A stretch of DNA of 64,000 bases from an uncultured Gammaproteobacteria bacterium (lineage in GTDB: Bacteria > Pseudomonadota > Gammaproteobacteria > Steroidobacterales > Rariloculaceae): contig CAZCZE010000010.1 in NCBI GenBank assembly GCA_964503125.1, positions 10,682 to 74,681 of the forward strand, given 5' to 3'. Below, in pieces: positions 18,626 through 26,552 of the stretch; the first letter of the stretch is position 1; every line of letters starts with the position of its first letter. The notes beneath the pieces are model-generated. The model made no database searches and was not told the origin of the DNA. It worked only from the letters and a program-made list of their open reading frames with translations. Made by a program: the position numbers and the translations under genes.

Positions 18626-19189
18626 TCACGCCCGCACGGCTTCGCCCGCCGTGAGGAATTGCGGATCTTCGAGCAGCTTGAGCAGGCTGAAACGCGGCCA
18701 GGCTTCCGTGCCGCGCCGGTAGCTGCCCTCCAAGTAATGCTCGCAACGAATGAGGCTTGGGCTGGCTTCGGCCCGATAGTCGGAGGAGCCGAAGCGCCGG
18801 AAGCCGACGACTTCGTCGACGATGAGCCCGGTCGGCACATCGCGGCTCGCGACGACGAGCACGCGTGCTTGTCGGTCCGACGTTGGCGCGCCGGCACCGA
18901 GGAACGACTTCAAGTCGACGACGGTCAAGAGCTGGCCGCGAAGATTGGCGATGCCCCGCAACCAGGGCTTCGCGCCCGGCACGCGTGTCACGTGCTCGGG
19001 CAGGGGTAGCACCTCGCGCACGTCCGCACGGCTCGTCACGAATCGCTCCGCGCCGAGCCGAAAACCGATCCCCACCCACTCGTCGGCTGACGCCGGCGCG
19101 CCCTCGCGCGCCGCGATCGCCGCGCGCGCACGACGCTCGAGCTCGAGCAGAAGCTCGAACGGTTGCTGTGCGAGCGCCTGGAGGTTCAA
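18626..19189 (-). CDS. pilI: CheW-like protein PilI
   Basis: CheW-like domain ([24 protein letters not shown]...[14 protein letters not shown]...VDEVVGF). No in-frame ATG is available. The best start is the TTG at 19189, which overlaps the pilH stop (TTGA). The start is therefore uncertain. Confidence 0.7.
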   Translation of the reverse strand: MNLQALAQQPFELLLELERRARAAIAAREGAPASADEWVGIGFRLGAERFVTSRADVREVLPLPEHVTRVPGAKPWLRGIANLRGQLLTVVDLKSFLGAGAPTSDRQARVLVVASRDVPTGLIVDEVVGFRRFGSSDYRAEASPSLIRCEHYLEGSYRRGTEAWPRFSLLKLLEDPQFLTAGEAVRA

Positions 19190-19563
19190 ACGTTCGCCCC
19201 TCGCCCGAGCACTTCCTGGGCTTTGGCGACGAGCACCGCTTCGCTGACCGGTTTGACGAGATAGTCGACGGCGCCCTGGCGCATGCCCCAGATGCGGTCG
19301 GTCTCCTGATCCTTGGTCGTGATCATGACGACGGGGATCGACTTGGTCTTGGGATCGCGCGTGAGCGTGCGCGTCGCCTGATAGCCGTTGACCCTGGGCA
19401 TGACGACGTCCATGAAGATGAGATCGGGCCGCACCTCGCGAGCGAGGCTCAGGCATTCCGAGCCGTCGGAGGCCGAGACGGTGTCGAAGCCGTGCTTCTC
19501 GAGCGCAGTCTTCAAGACGTGCAGCTCGGTGGGCGAGTCGTCGACGATCATGATGAGAGCCAT
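19186..19563 (-). CDS. pilH: Single-domain response regulator PilH
   Basis: Starts at ATG 19563 (MALIMIVDDSPTE...). The receiver domain has DD, the phospho-acceptor context FMDVVMP, T(K)D and KP. Confidence 0.9.
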   Translation of the reverse strand: MALIMIVDDSPTELHVLKTALEKHGFDTVSASDGSECLSLAREVRPDLIFMDVVMPRVNGYQATRTLTRDPKTKSIPVVMITTKDQETDRIWGMRQGAVDYLVKPVSEAVLVAKAQEVLGRGANV

Positions 19564-19582
19564 ACGCGGTCCCCTGGGATCC

Positions 19583-19990
19583 TTACTTGGCCACGTGGCT
19601 GTGGATGGCGCCAAGGAGCTCGTCCTTGGTGAACGGTTTGGTCAGATACTGCTCCGAGCCGACGAGGCGGCCCCGAGCGCGATCGAACAACCCGTCCTTG
19701 CTCGACAGCATGATGACGGGCGTGTCCTTGAAGACCTTGTTGTGCTTGATCAAGGAGCAGGTCTGATAGCCGTCCAAGCGCGGCATCATGATGTCGACGA
19801 AGATGATGTCGGGGCGGTGGTCGGCGATCTTCGACAGGGCGTCGAAGCCGTCAACGGCAGTGAAGACTTCGCAGCCTTCCTTGCCCAGCAAGGTCTCCGC
19901 GGTCCTGCGGATCGTCTTGCTATCGTCGATGACTAGAATTTTGAGTCCCTGCAAGTCGTTTTTCGGGTTTACTGCACTGCTGCCAGTCAC
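19583..19990 (-). CDS. pilG: Single-domain response regulator PilG
   Basis: 135 aa. GTG start preceded by AGGAGG. Near-identical blocks to P. aeruginosa PilG as I recall it (VIDDSKTIRRTAETLL, FVDIMMPRLDGYQTC, VIMLSSKDGLFD, YLTKPF). Confidence 0.9.
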   Translation of the reverse strand: MTGSSAVNPKNDLQGLKILVIDDSKTIRRTAETLLGKEGCEVFTAVDGFDALSKIADHRPDIIFVDIMMPRLDGYQTCSLIKHNKVFKDTPVIMLSSKDGLFDRARGRLVGSEQYLTKPFTKDELLGAIHSHVAK

Positions 19991-20233
19991 TTAGTTTCCC
20001 CTCCTGCAGGCCGTTCAGCGTTCCCCGACTTCGAGCCCCCGTAACTCTCGGACTCAACGCGCCTTTTAACATATTGGCGGCAGGCCTTCCATCGACGGAC
20101 CCGCATGTTTCGCCGCGCGCTCCACGACCGCGCGTCGGGGCGCGCCACGAGACGTGCGAGCGAATCGGGGTATGGTAGCGTTGCGCATTTTTGTAAAACT
20201 GCGAACCCGCACGCAAAAAGCGAGGAATGCGTG

Positions 20234-21217
20234 ATGAGTCAGTCCCGTCGGTCGCTCGGGGTCGTCATGGACCCGATCGAGACGATCAAACCAAAGAAGG
20301 ATTCGACGCTGGCGATGCTGCTCGCGGCACAGCGCCACGGCTGGGATCTCGTCTACTTCCGCCAGCAGGATCTCGAGGTCCGCGACGGTGCGCCGCGGGG
20401 GCTTGGGGCTAGGCTCAAAGTGCGCGACGACACCGAACGCTGGTTCGAGATCGGCTCGGCGTGGAGCGGCGGGCTCGAGGAGCTCGACGCCCTGTTGATG
20501 CGCAAGGATCCGCCGTTCGACATGGAGTACATCTACACGACGTACATCCTCGAGCTCGCTGAGGTACGCGGCCTGCTCGTCGTCAACAAGCCCGCAAGTT
20601 TGCGCGACATCAACGAGAAGGCGTACACGGCGTGGTTTCCGCACTGCACGCCGCCGAGCCTCGTGACGCGCTCGCGCAGCGCGCTGCTCGATTTCCTCAA
20701 GGAGCACGGCAAAGTCGTGCTCAAGCCTTTCGACGGCATGGGCGGCCGATCGGTCTTCGTGGTGGCGGCCGGCGATCTCAACACCAACGTCATCATCGAG
20801 ACGCTGACCGACGACGGTAAGCGCTTCACGCTCGCGCAGCGCTACATCCCCGAGATCGCGGAAGGCGACAAGCGCGTGCTGCTCATCGACGGCGAGCCGA
20901 TCGAATACGCGTTGGCGCGCATTCCGGCTCCCGGCGAGAGCCGCGGCAATCTCGTGATGGGCGCGACGGGTGAGGGCCGCCCGCTGACGGCGCGCGATCG
21001 CTGGCTCTGCGAGCAGGTGGGCCCGACATTGGCGGCAAAGGGCGTGCTATTCGCGGGCCTCGACGTCATCGGCGACTACCTCACCGAGATCAACGTGACG
21101 AGCCCCACGGGAATTCGTGAACTCGATCGTCGGTTCGACATCGACATCGCTGCTAAGCTCATCGCCGCCATCGACCGCAAGCTAGCGAGCCGGGACCGCA
21201 AAACGCATCGGCTATAA
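20234..21217 (+). CDS. gshB: Glutathione synthetase
   Basis: Starts at ATG 20234. Contains MDPIETIKPKKDSTLAMLLAAQRHGW, RKDPPFDMEYIYTTYILE, NKPASLRDINEK, VLKPFDGMGG, GDKRVLLIDGEP, RGNL and LTEINVTSPTG. Divergent from pilG, as in Pseudomonas. Confidence 0.9.
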   Translation: MSQSRRSLGVVMDPIETIKPKKDSTLAMLLAAQRHGWDLVYFRQQDLEVRDGAPRGLGARLKVRDDTERWFEIGSAWSGGLEELDALLMRKDPPFDMEYIYTTYILELAEVRGLLVVNKPASLRDINEKAYTAWFPHCTPPSLVTRSRSALLDFLKEHGKVVLKPFDGMGGRSVFVVAAGDLNTNVIIETLTDDGKRFTLAQRYIPEIAEGDKRVLLIDGEPIEYALARIPAPGESRGNLVMGATGEGRPLTARDRWLCEQVGPTLAAKGVLFAGLDVIGDYLTEINVTSPTGIRELDRRFDIDIAAKLIAAIDRKLASRDRKTHRL

Positions 21218-21226
21218 TTCCGCGCA

Positions 21227-22087
21227 ATGAGCGACGAACGCCTCGGCTCGACGCTATTCCTCGCCGCACTGCTGCATGGCGTCGTGATTCTCGGCGTGAC
21301 GTTCACGGCCGGGTCGCTCGGCGACGGCAGCACCGTGCCGTCGTTGAACGTCACGCTCGTCGTCGACACCGGCAAGGAGGAGCTCGCGGCGGACACCGCC
21401 GAGCTTCTCGCCAATCGCAATCAGCGCGGGATCGGCCAGGCCGCAGACGGTCTGCGCCCGACGAGCACGTTGGCGGCCGACGACCCCGCGAGCCAGGTCG
21501 GCGACCCGCAGGGCGCCGACCCGACCGACGGCACGCCGCGCGACGAGACGGCCAGCGCCGAGCAGCTCGTGAGCCGCGAGAGCGGCGGCGAGCCGGTGCC
21601 GGCGCTGCCGCAACCCACCGACGAACCGGCGACCACCCGGCAACGCGCCGCGACCCTCGTGCAGCAACCGGGGCCGCAGACCACGGCCATGGAGCTCGGC
21701 CTGCGCGCGGAGCTTCCCGGCGGAAACGACGACGCGCGCACGCTGCTCGCAACGCCGGACACGCGCGCTTCGGGCCTCGCCGAGTATCTCGACGGCTGGC
21801 GGCGGCGAGTCGAGCGCATCGGCACGGCCAATTACCCCACGGAGCTGCTCGGCAACATCGGCGCCGGCCGGCCGACGCTCGAGGTCGTCATCGCCGCCGA
21901 CGGCCGCCTGGACGACATCGTCGTGCGTCGCTCGTCGGGCGACAAAGCGCTCGACCAAGCGGCGCTCAGGATCCTGCGCCTGGCCGCGCCGTTCGCGCCG
22001 TTGCCCGACGACATACGCGCCGACTACGACGTGCTGCGCTTCGCTTACGAATGGGACTTCTCGCCCGAGGCCCACGACGGGCGCTGA
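21227..22087 (+). CDS. TonB C-terminal-domain protein (position equivalent to Pseudomonas tonB3)
   Basis: 286 aa. N-terminal TM segment (LFLAALLHGVVILGV), a Pro/Ala-rich spacer, and a C-terminal TonB-like fold (YLDGWRRRVERIGTANYP...LEVVIAADGRLDDIVVRRSSGDKALDQAALRILRLAAPFAPLP). Confidence 0.7.
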   Translation: MSDERLGSTLFLAALLHGVVILGVTFTAGSLGDGSTVPSLNVTLVVDTGKEELAADTAELLANRNQRGIGQAADGLRPTSTLAADDPASQVGDPQGADPTDGTPRDETASAEQLVSRESGGEPVPALPQPTDEPATTRQRAATLVQQPGPQTTAMELGLRAELPGGNDDARTLLATPDTRASGLAEYLDGWRRRVERIGTANYPTELLGNIGAGRPTLEVVIAADGRLDDIVVRRSSGDKALDQAALRILRLAAPFAPLPDDIRADYDVLRFAYEWDFSPEAHDGR

Positions 22088-22137
22088 ACGGCTGCTCGGT
22101 GCTACGATAGCGGCTCACTCATGAAGAGCGAGTGAGT

Positions 22138-22689
22138 ATGCGATCGTTGCAAGATCACTTCTTGATCGCGATGCCGGCGATGGCCGACCCCAACTTCTCG
22201 CAGACCGTCACGTACATCTGCAAGCACGACGACGAAGGTGCCTTCGGCGTCGTGATCAATCGCCCGAGCGACCTCTCTCTCGGCGAGATGCTCAGTCAGC
22301 TCGCCATCGAGCTCAAGGATCGCGCACTCGCGGAGCGCCCCGTGATGCACGGCGGCCCGGTCGAGCCCGAGCGCGGGTTCGTGCTGCATCGCTCGGAGCA
22401 ACCGTTCGAGGGCACGCTCGCCGTCGGCGACTTGAAGCTCACCTCCTCTCCCGACATCCTCGCCGCGCTCGGCCGCGGCGCCGGCCCCGAGCCCGTGCTC
22501 GTAGCGCTCGGCTATGCGGGCTGGGGTCGTGGGCAGCTCGAGGTCGAGCTGTCGAGCAACACATGGCTCACGGTGCCGGCGAACCCGTCGATCATCTTCG
22601 ACACGCCATTCGAGCAACGCTGGACGGCGGCTCTCGGCCTGCCGGGCGTCGACATCCAGCGCATCACGGAATATGCCGGTCACGCTTGA
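22138..22689 (+). CDS. YqgE/AlgH family protein
   Basis: MRSLQDHFLIAMPAMADPNFSQTVTYICKHDDEGAFGVVINRP matches the YqgE N-terminus. ATG 22138 is preferred over GTG 22132. Confidence 0.85.
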   Translation: MRSLQDHFLIAMPAMADPNFSQTVTYICKHDDEGAFGVVINRPSDLSLGEMLSQLAIELKDRALAERPVMHGGPVEPERGFVLHRSEQPFEGTLAVGDLKLTSSPDILAALGRGAGPEPVLVALGYAGWGRGQLEVELSSNTWLTVPANPSIIFDTPFEQRWTAALGLPGVDIQRITEYAGHA

Positions 22690-22706
22690 GCGATGGAGGC
22701 TCGGGA

Positions 22707-23141
22707 GTGGCGCGGCCTAGCAACCGCGACATTCTGCTCGCGTTCGATTTCGGTCTGCGCCGCATTGGCATCGCCACTGCGAATCGCGAGACACACACGG
22801 CTTCGCCGCTGACGACGCTCGAAGTCGATCGCGACCTGCGGTGGACCGACCTCGACCGCATCCTCGACGATTGGCAGCCCGCGCAGCTCGTGGTCGGCGT
22901 CCCGGAAGGCGACGGCGCCGCCGCCATTGCGCGCCGCGCGCGCGAGTTCGCGGCGGCGCTCGCCGAGCGCTACTCCTTGCCGGTGGCGACCGTCGATGAA
23001 ACCTTGACCTCCGCGGCCGCGCGAACCGAGCTCGCCGAAGGACGTAAGCTTGGGGTTTTTCGCCGCCGCAGCGCGCGTGGCCGCATCGACCGGCTCGCGG
23101 CGTGCCTCATAGCGGAGCAATGGATGAGCGAGCAGCAGTGA
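22707..23141 (+). CDS. ruvX: Putative pre-16S rRNA nuclease / Holliday junction resolvase-like protein RuvX (YqgF)
   Basis: LAFDFGLRRIGIATAN ... QLVVGVPEGDG ... VDETLTS. GTG 22707 lies 6 nt after a GGAGG; TTG 22686 is the alternative start. Confidence 0.85.
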   Translation: MARPSNRDILLAFDFGLRRIGIATANRETHTASPLTTLEVDRDLRWTDLDRILDDWQPAQLVVGVPEGDGAAAIARRAREFAAALAERYSLPVATVDETLTSAAARTELAEGRKLGVFRRRSARGRIDRLAACLIAEQWMSEQQ

Positions 23142-24022
23142 GCTACGAACCGAATCGCGGCAGCGTGTTCCTCGAGGACGCCCGCGTGCTCGCGCAGCAG
23201 GCGCACGCCGGCAATCAATTCGTGCTGCGCGTGCACGCGCCGCGCGCCGCACGGCGCGCCCAGCCTGGCAGTTTCGCCCATCTCACCTGCGACGCTTCAG
23301 TGCCGATGCGCCGGCCGCTGTCGATCATGCGGGCGGGCCCCGACGAAGGCTGGCTCGAGTTTCTCTACAAGCCGCGCGGACCCGGGCTCGACCTGCTCGC
23401 GACGCGCCGCCCGGGCGAGAGCGTGAGCGTGCTCGCGCCGATCGGCCATGGCTTCGTCGTCGATCGCGCGCGGCCGCGGCTGCTCGCGCTCGGCGGCGGC
23501 GTCGGGATTCCGCCGATGATCTTCCTCGCCGAGCAGTTGCGCGCGCACGATGCGCCGGTACCGCTCGTGCTCATGGGTTCCGAGGTGCCGTTCCCGTTCG
23601 AGCTCGTCGAGTCGCAGCTCGAGGTACCGGGCGTCGGCAAACCCGCCACCCACGCGGTCGCTCTACTCGAGCGCTGGGGCGTGCCATCGCGGCTCGCGAG
23701 CAATGCCGGGATCGCCGGCGCGCATCGCGGCTTCATCACCGACTTGGCACGCGCCTGGCTCGCCACTCTCGCGGCGAAGAAGCTTCGCGAGACTCAGGTC
23801 TTCGCGTGCGGCCCGACGCCGATGCTCAAGGCCGTCGCCAAGCTGGCGCGCGACTTCGATCTGCCCTGTCAGGTCGCCCTCGAGGAGTACATGGCCTGCG
23901 GCATCGGCGGCTGCGCCGGCTGCACGGTGCTTTTGCAAACGCCCGACGGCCCGGCGATGAAGCGCGTCTGCGTCGACGGCCCCGTCTTCGACGCGCAGCA
24001 AGTCTCCTACCTCGCCGGCTAG
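23120..24022 (+). CDS. PyrK-like FAD/NAD(P)-binding oxidoreductase with a C-terminal [2Fe-2S] motif
   Basis: Has a ferredoxin-reductase-type fold (RRPLSIM, LLALGGGVGIPPM, VFACGPTPM). The C-terminal cluster motif is MACGIGGCAGC...RVCVDGPVF. The start is ambiguous between ATG 23120 and GTG 23138, which overlaps the ruvX stop. Confidence 0.75.
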   Translation: MDERAAVSYEPNRGSVFLEDARVLAQQAHAGNQFVLRVHAPRAARRAQPGSFAHLTCDASVPMRRPLSIMRAGPDEGWLEFLYKPRGPGLDLLATRRPGESVSVLAPIGHGFVVDRARPRLLALGGGVGIPPMIFLAEQLRAHDAPVPLVLMGSEVPFPFELVESQLEVPGVGKPATHAVALLERWGVPSRLASNAGIAGAHRGFITDLARAWLATLAAKKLRETQVFACGPTPMLKAVAKLARDFDLPCQVALEEYMACGIGGCAGCTVLLQTPDGPAMKRVCVDGPVFDAQQVSYLAG

Positions 24023-24083
24023 CCGGCGTCGTCGTCACGTCGGACGGCGTGGTACGTCTGGATAAGCGTCACCGCATTGCGAC

Positions 24084-24236
24084 GTGCTCGCGGATGGCCC
24101 TCTCGAGACCGTCGGCGCACAGGGGCAGCAATACGATCCTGCTATTGCTGCACGCCGCCATCCATGGCGGCGACGTGCGCCGACGAGCCCCAGGGACGGT
24201 CTTCCGGCGTGTCTCGAGAGGGCCATCCGCGAGCAC
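24084..24236. repeat. REP-like nested palindromic element, copy A
   Basis: 26-bp perfect outer inverted repeat (24084-24109 / 24211-24236). GAGAC...GTCTC boundary. Inner stem CGTCGGCGCAC / GTGCGCCGACG (24110-24120 / 24175-24185). 25-nt asymmetric segment AGCCCCAGGGACGGTCTTCCGGCGT (24186-24210). Two extra hairpins sit in the apical loop (24125-24151 and 24154-24171). It lies between convergent genes. Confidence 0.85.
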
Positions 24237-24264
24237 GGCGCAGCAAAAACTCCGACAACCCCCC

Positions 24265-25320
24265 TCAGCCGAAGTTGATCTTGGCCTCGAGGTTCGCGCG
24301 CGAGTCGGCGTTCGACAGGGCCTCTTCCATGCTGATCCCGCCCTTGCGGTAGAGCTCGAACAGCGCCTGGTCGAAGCTCTGCATGCCGGGCTCTTTCGTG
24401 TCCTTGAAGGCTTCCTTCACGTTGCTGATGTCGCCCTTCAGGATGAGCTCGGAGATGTGCGGCGTGTTGAGCATGACCTCGACGGCCGCGACGCGCCGCC
24501 CTTCCTTCGAGCGCACGAGCCGCTGCGAGACGATGACGCGCACGTACTGCGCCAAGTCCATGAGCACCTGTTTGTGCTGATCGTTGGGATACATGTTGAT
24601 GATGCGATCGAGCGTCTCGGGCGAGTTGTTGGCGTGCAACGTCGCGATCGCAAGGTGGCCCGTACCCGCAAGGTCGATGGCCGCCTGCATCGTCTCGCGG
24701 TCGCGAACCTCGCCGATGAGGATGACGTCGGGCGCCTCGCGCATCGCGCTGCGCAGCGCGCGGTGATAAGACAAAGTGTCGAGGCCGACCTCGCGCTGAT
24801 TGACGATCGACTTCTGATTGCTGTGCAGGAACTCGATCGGGTCCTCGATCGTCACGATGTGTGACGCCGAATTCTTGTTACGGTGGTCGATCATCGCGGC
24901 GAGCGTCGTCGACTTGCCCGAGCCGCTGGCGCCGACCATGAGGATCAAGCCGCGCCGCAGCATGATCATGTCCTTCAAGATCTCGGGCATGCCGAGCGCG
25001 TCGAGCTGCGGTAGCTCGGGTGAGATGAAACGCAGCACCATCGCGACGTTGCCGCGCTGATGGAAGACGTTGACGCGGAACCGGCCGAGGCCAGCCTCGG
25101 AGATCGCGAAGTCGATCTCGAGGTCGCGCGTGAACTGCTCGAGCTGCGTCTCGTTCATGAGCTCGAGGGCCGCCTGCCGAACCATCTTCGGCGAGAGCTC
25201 GACCTGATTGACGGGCATGATCTTGCCGTCGATCTTGATCATCACGGGCGAGTACGTGGTGAAGAAAAGGTCCGACGCCCTTTTGTCCACCATGAGCTTG
25301 AAGAGAGGCTTGACGTTCAT
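24265..25320 (-). CDS. Third PilT-family (PilU-like) type IV pilus retraction-type ATPase
   Basis: 351 aa. Walker A GASGSGKST, Asp box IVTIEDPIEF, Walker B DVILIGEVRD, His box TGHLAIATLHAN. It lacks the PilT AIRNLIRE motif and has HISELILKGD instead. Confidence 0.85.
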   Translation of the reverse strand: MNVKPLFKLMVDKRASDLFFTTYSPVMIKIDGKIMPVNQVELSPKMVRQAALELMNETQLEQFTRDLEIDFAISEAGLGRFRVNVFHQRGNVAMVLRFISPELPQLDALGMPEILKDMIMLRRGLILMVGASGSGKSTTLAAMIDHRNKNSASHIVTIEDPIEFLHSNQKSIVNQREVGLDTLSYHRALRSAMREAPDVILIGEVRDRETMQAAIDLAGTGHLAIATLHANNSPETLDRIINMYPNDQHKQVLMDLAQYVRVIVSQRLVRSKEGRRVAAVEVMLNTPHISELILKGDISNVKEAFKDTKEPGMQSFDQALFELYRKGGISMEEALSNADSRANLEAKINFG

Positions 25321-25347
25321 AGGAGCGACCGGCCGCGGCCGAAGCCG

Positions 25348-26505
25348 TTAAAAATGACGGACCTTCTCTTCCTCCGCCAGTTGTAGGCTCTCGCCCTGTT
25401 CCGCCACGGCCGCCCCTTCGCGCTTGCTCTGCAGCTTGATCCGAAGGCGCAGCTCGTTCTTCGAATCGGCGTTGCGGATCGCCTCCTCGTACGAGATGAC
25501 GCCGTCTTCGTAGAGCTGGAACAACGCTTGGTCGAACGTCTGCATGCCGAGCCGCGTCGACTTCGCCATGATGTCTTTGATCATGGCTACCTCGCCGCGG
25601 AAGATGAGGTCGCTGATGAGCGGCGACGCGAGCATGATCTCCATCGCCGCAACGCGGCCCAGCTTGTTCTCGCGCGGCAGGAGCCGCTGCGAGATCATGG
25701 CCGTGATGTTGAGCGACAAGTCCATGAGGAGCTGGTGCCGGCGCTCCTCGGGGAAGAAGTTGATGATGCGGTCGAGCGCCTGGTTGGCGCTGTTCGCGTG
25801 CAGCGTAGCGACGCAGAGGTGGCCCGTCTCCGCGAACTGGATCGCGTACATCATCGTCTCTTGATCGCGGATCTCGCCGATCATGATGACGTCGGGTGCT
25901 TGGCGCAGCGTGTTCTTGAGCGCGTTGTGCCAATTGTCGGTGTCGACACCGACTTCGCGGTGCGTGACGACGCAGCCGCGGTGCGGATGAACGTACTCGA
26001 CGGGATCCTCGATCGTGATGATGTGGCCACGGCTGTTCTCGTTGCGGTGGCCGATCATCGCGGCGAGCGTCGTGGACTTACCCGAGCCCGTGCCACCGAC
26101 GACGAGGCAGAGGCCGCGCTTCGTGAGCGCGACTTCCTTGAGCTGCCCGGGCAGATCGAGATCCTCGAACGACGGAATCTTCGTGACGATCGTGCGGATG
26201 ACGGCGCCGACGTGCCCTTGCGCGACGAAGGCGCTGACGCGGAACCGGCCGATGCCTTGCGGCGCGATCGCAAAGTTGCACTCTTTCGTCGCGTCGAACT
26301 CCTTGGCCTGCTTGTCGTTCATGATCGAACGCACGATCAGCGAGCTCTGCGCATACGTCAGCGGCCGATCGGCGAACGGCCGGATCGTGCCGTCGATCTT
26401 GATTGCCGGGGGGAAGTCGGCCGTGATGAAGAGGTCGGAACCGTTGTTCTCGACCATCTTCTTGAGCAGGTTCTGCGTCAGTCGTACTGCTTGATCGCGT
26501 TCCAT
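25348..26505 (-). CDS. pilU: Type IV pilus ATPase PilU
   Basis: 385 aa. Contains GGTGSGKST, IITIEDPVEY, DVIMIGEIRD, TGHLCVATLHAN and LISDLIFRGE, plus the longer C-terminal tail typical of PilU. It sits directly downstream of pilT. Confidence 0.85.
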   Translation of the reverse strand: MERDQAVRLTQNLLKKMVENNGSDLFITADFPPAIKIDGTIRPFADRPLTYAQSSLIVRSIMNDKQAKEFDATKECNFAIAPQGIGRFRVSAFVAQGHVGAVIRTIVTKIPSFEDLDLPGQLKEVALTKRGLCLVVGGTGSGKSTTLAAMIGHRNENSRGHIITIEDPVEYVHPHRGCVVTHREVGVDTDNWHNALKNTLRQAPDVIMIGEIRDQETMMYAIQFAETGHLCVATLHANSANQALDRIINFFPEERRHQLLMDLSLNITAMISQRLLPRENKLGRVAAMEIMLASPLISDLIFRGEVAMIKDIMAKSTRLGMQTFDQALFQLYEDGVISYEEAIRNADSKNELRLRIKLQSKREGAAVAEQGESLQLAEEEKVRHF

Positions 26506-26552
26506 TCCGACGCGCTCCTCTTAACCACGAGCGGAGAGCCGCTGCGGCGCTC

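Noticed and set aside
24035-24352. ORFs running through the REP-like elements, whose translations contain CADEPQG[RW]SSGVSR or its reverse-strand counterpart. Examples: 24077-24352, 24035-24226, 58146-58490, 58580-58867 and 58647-58895.
   Set aside because: They are reading-frame artefacts of a repeated palindromic DNA element. The same peptide appears wherever the repeat occurs, on both strands, and always in intergenic spacers between convergent genes.
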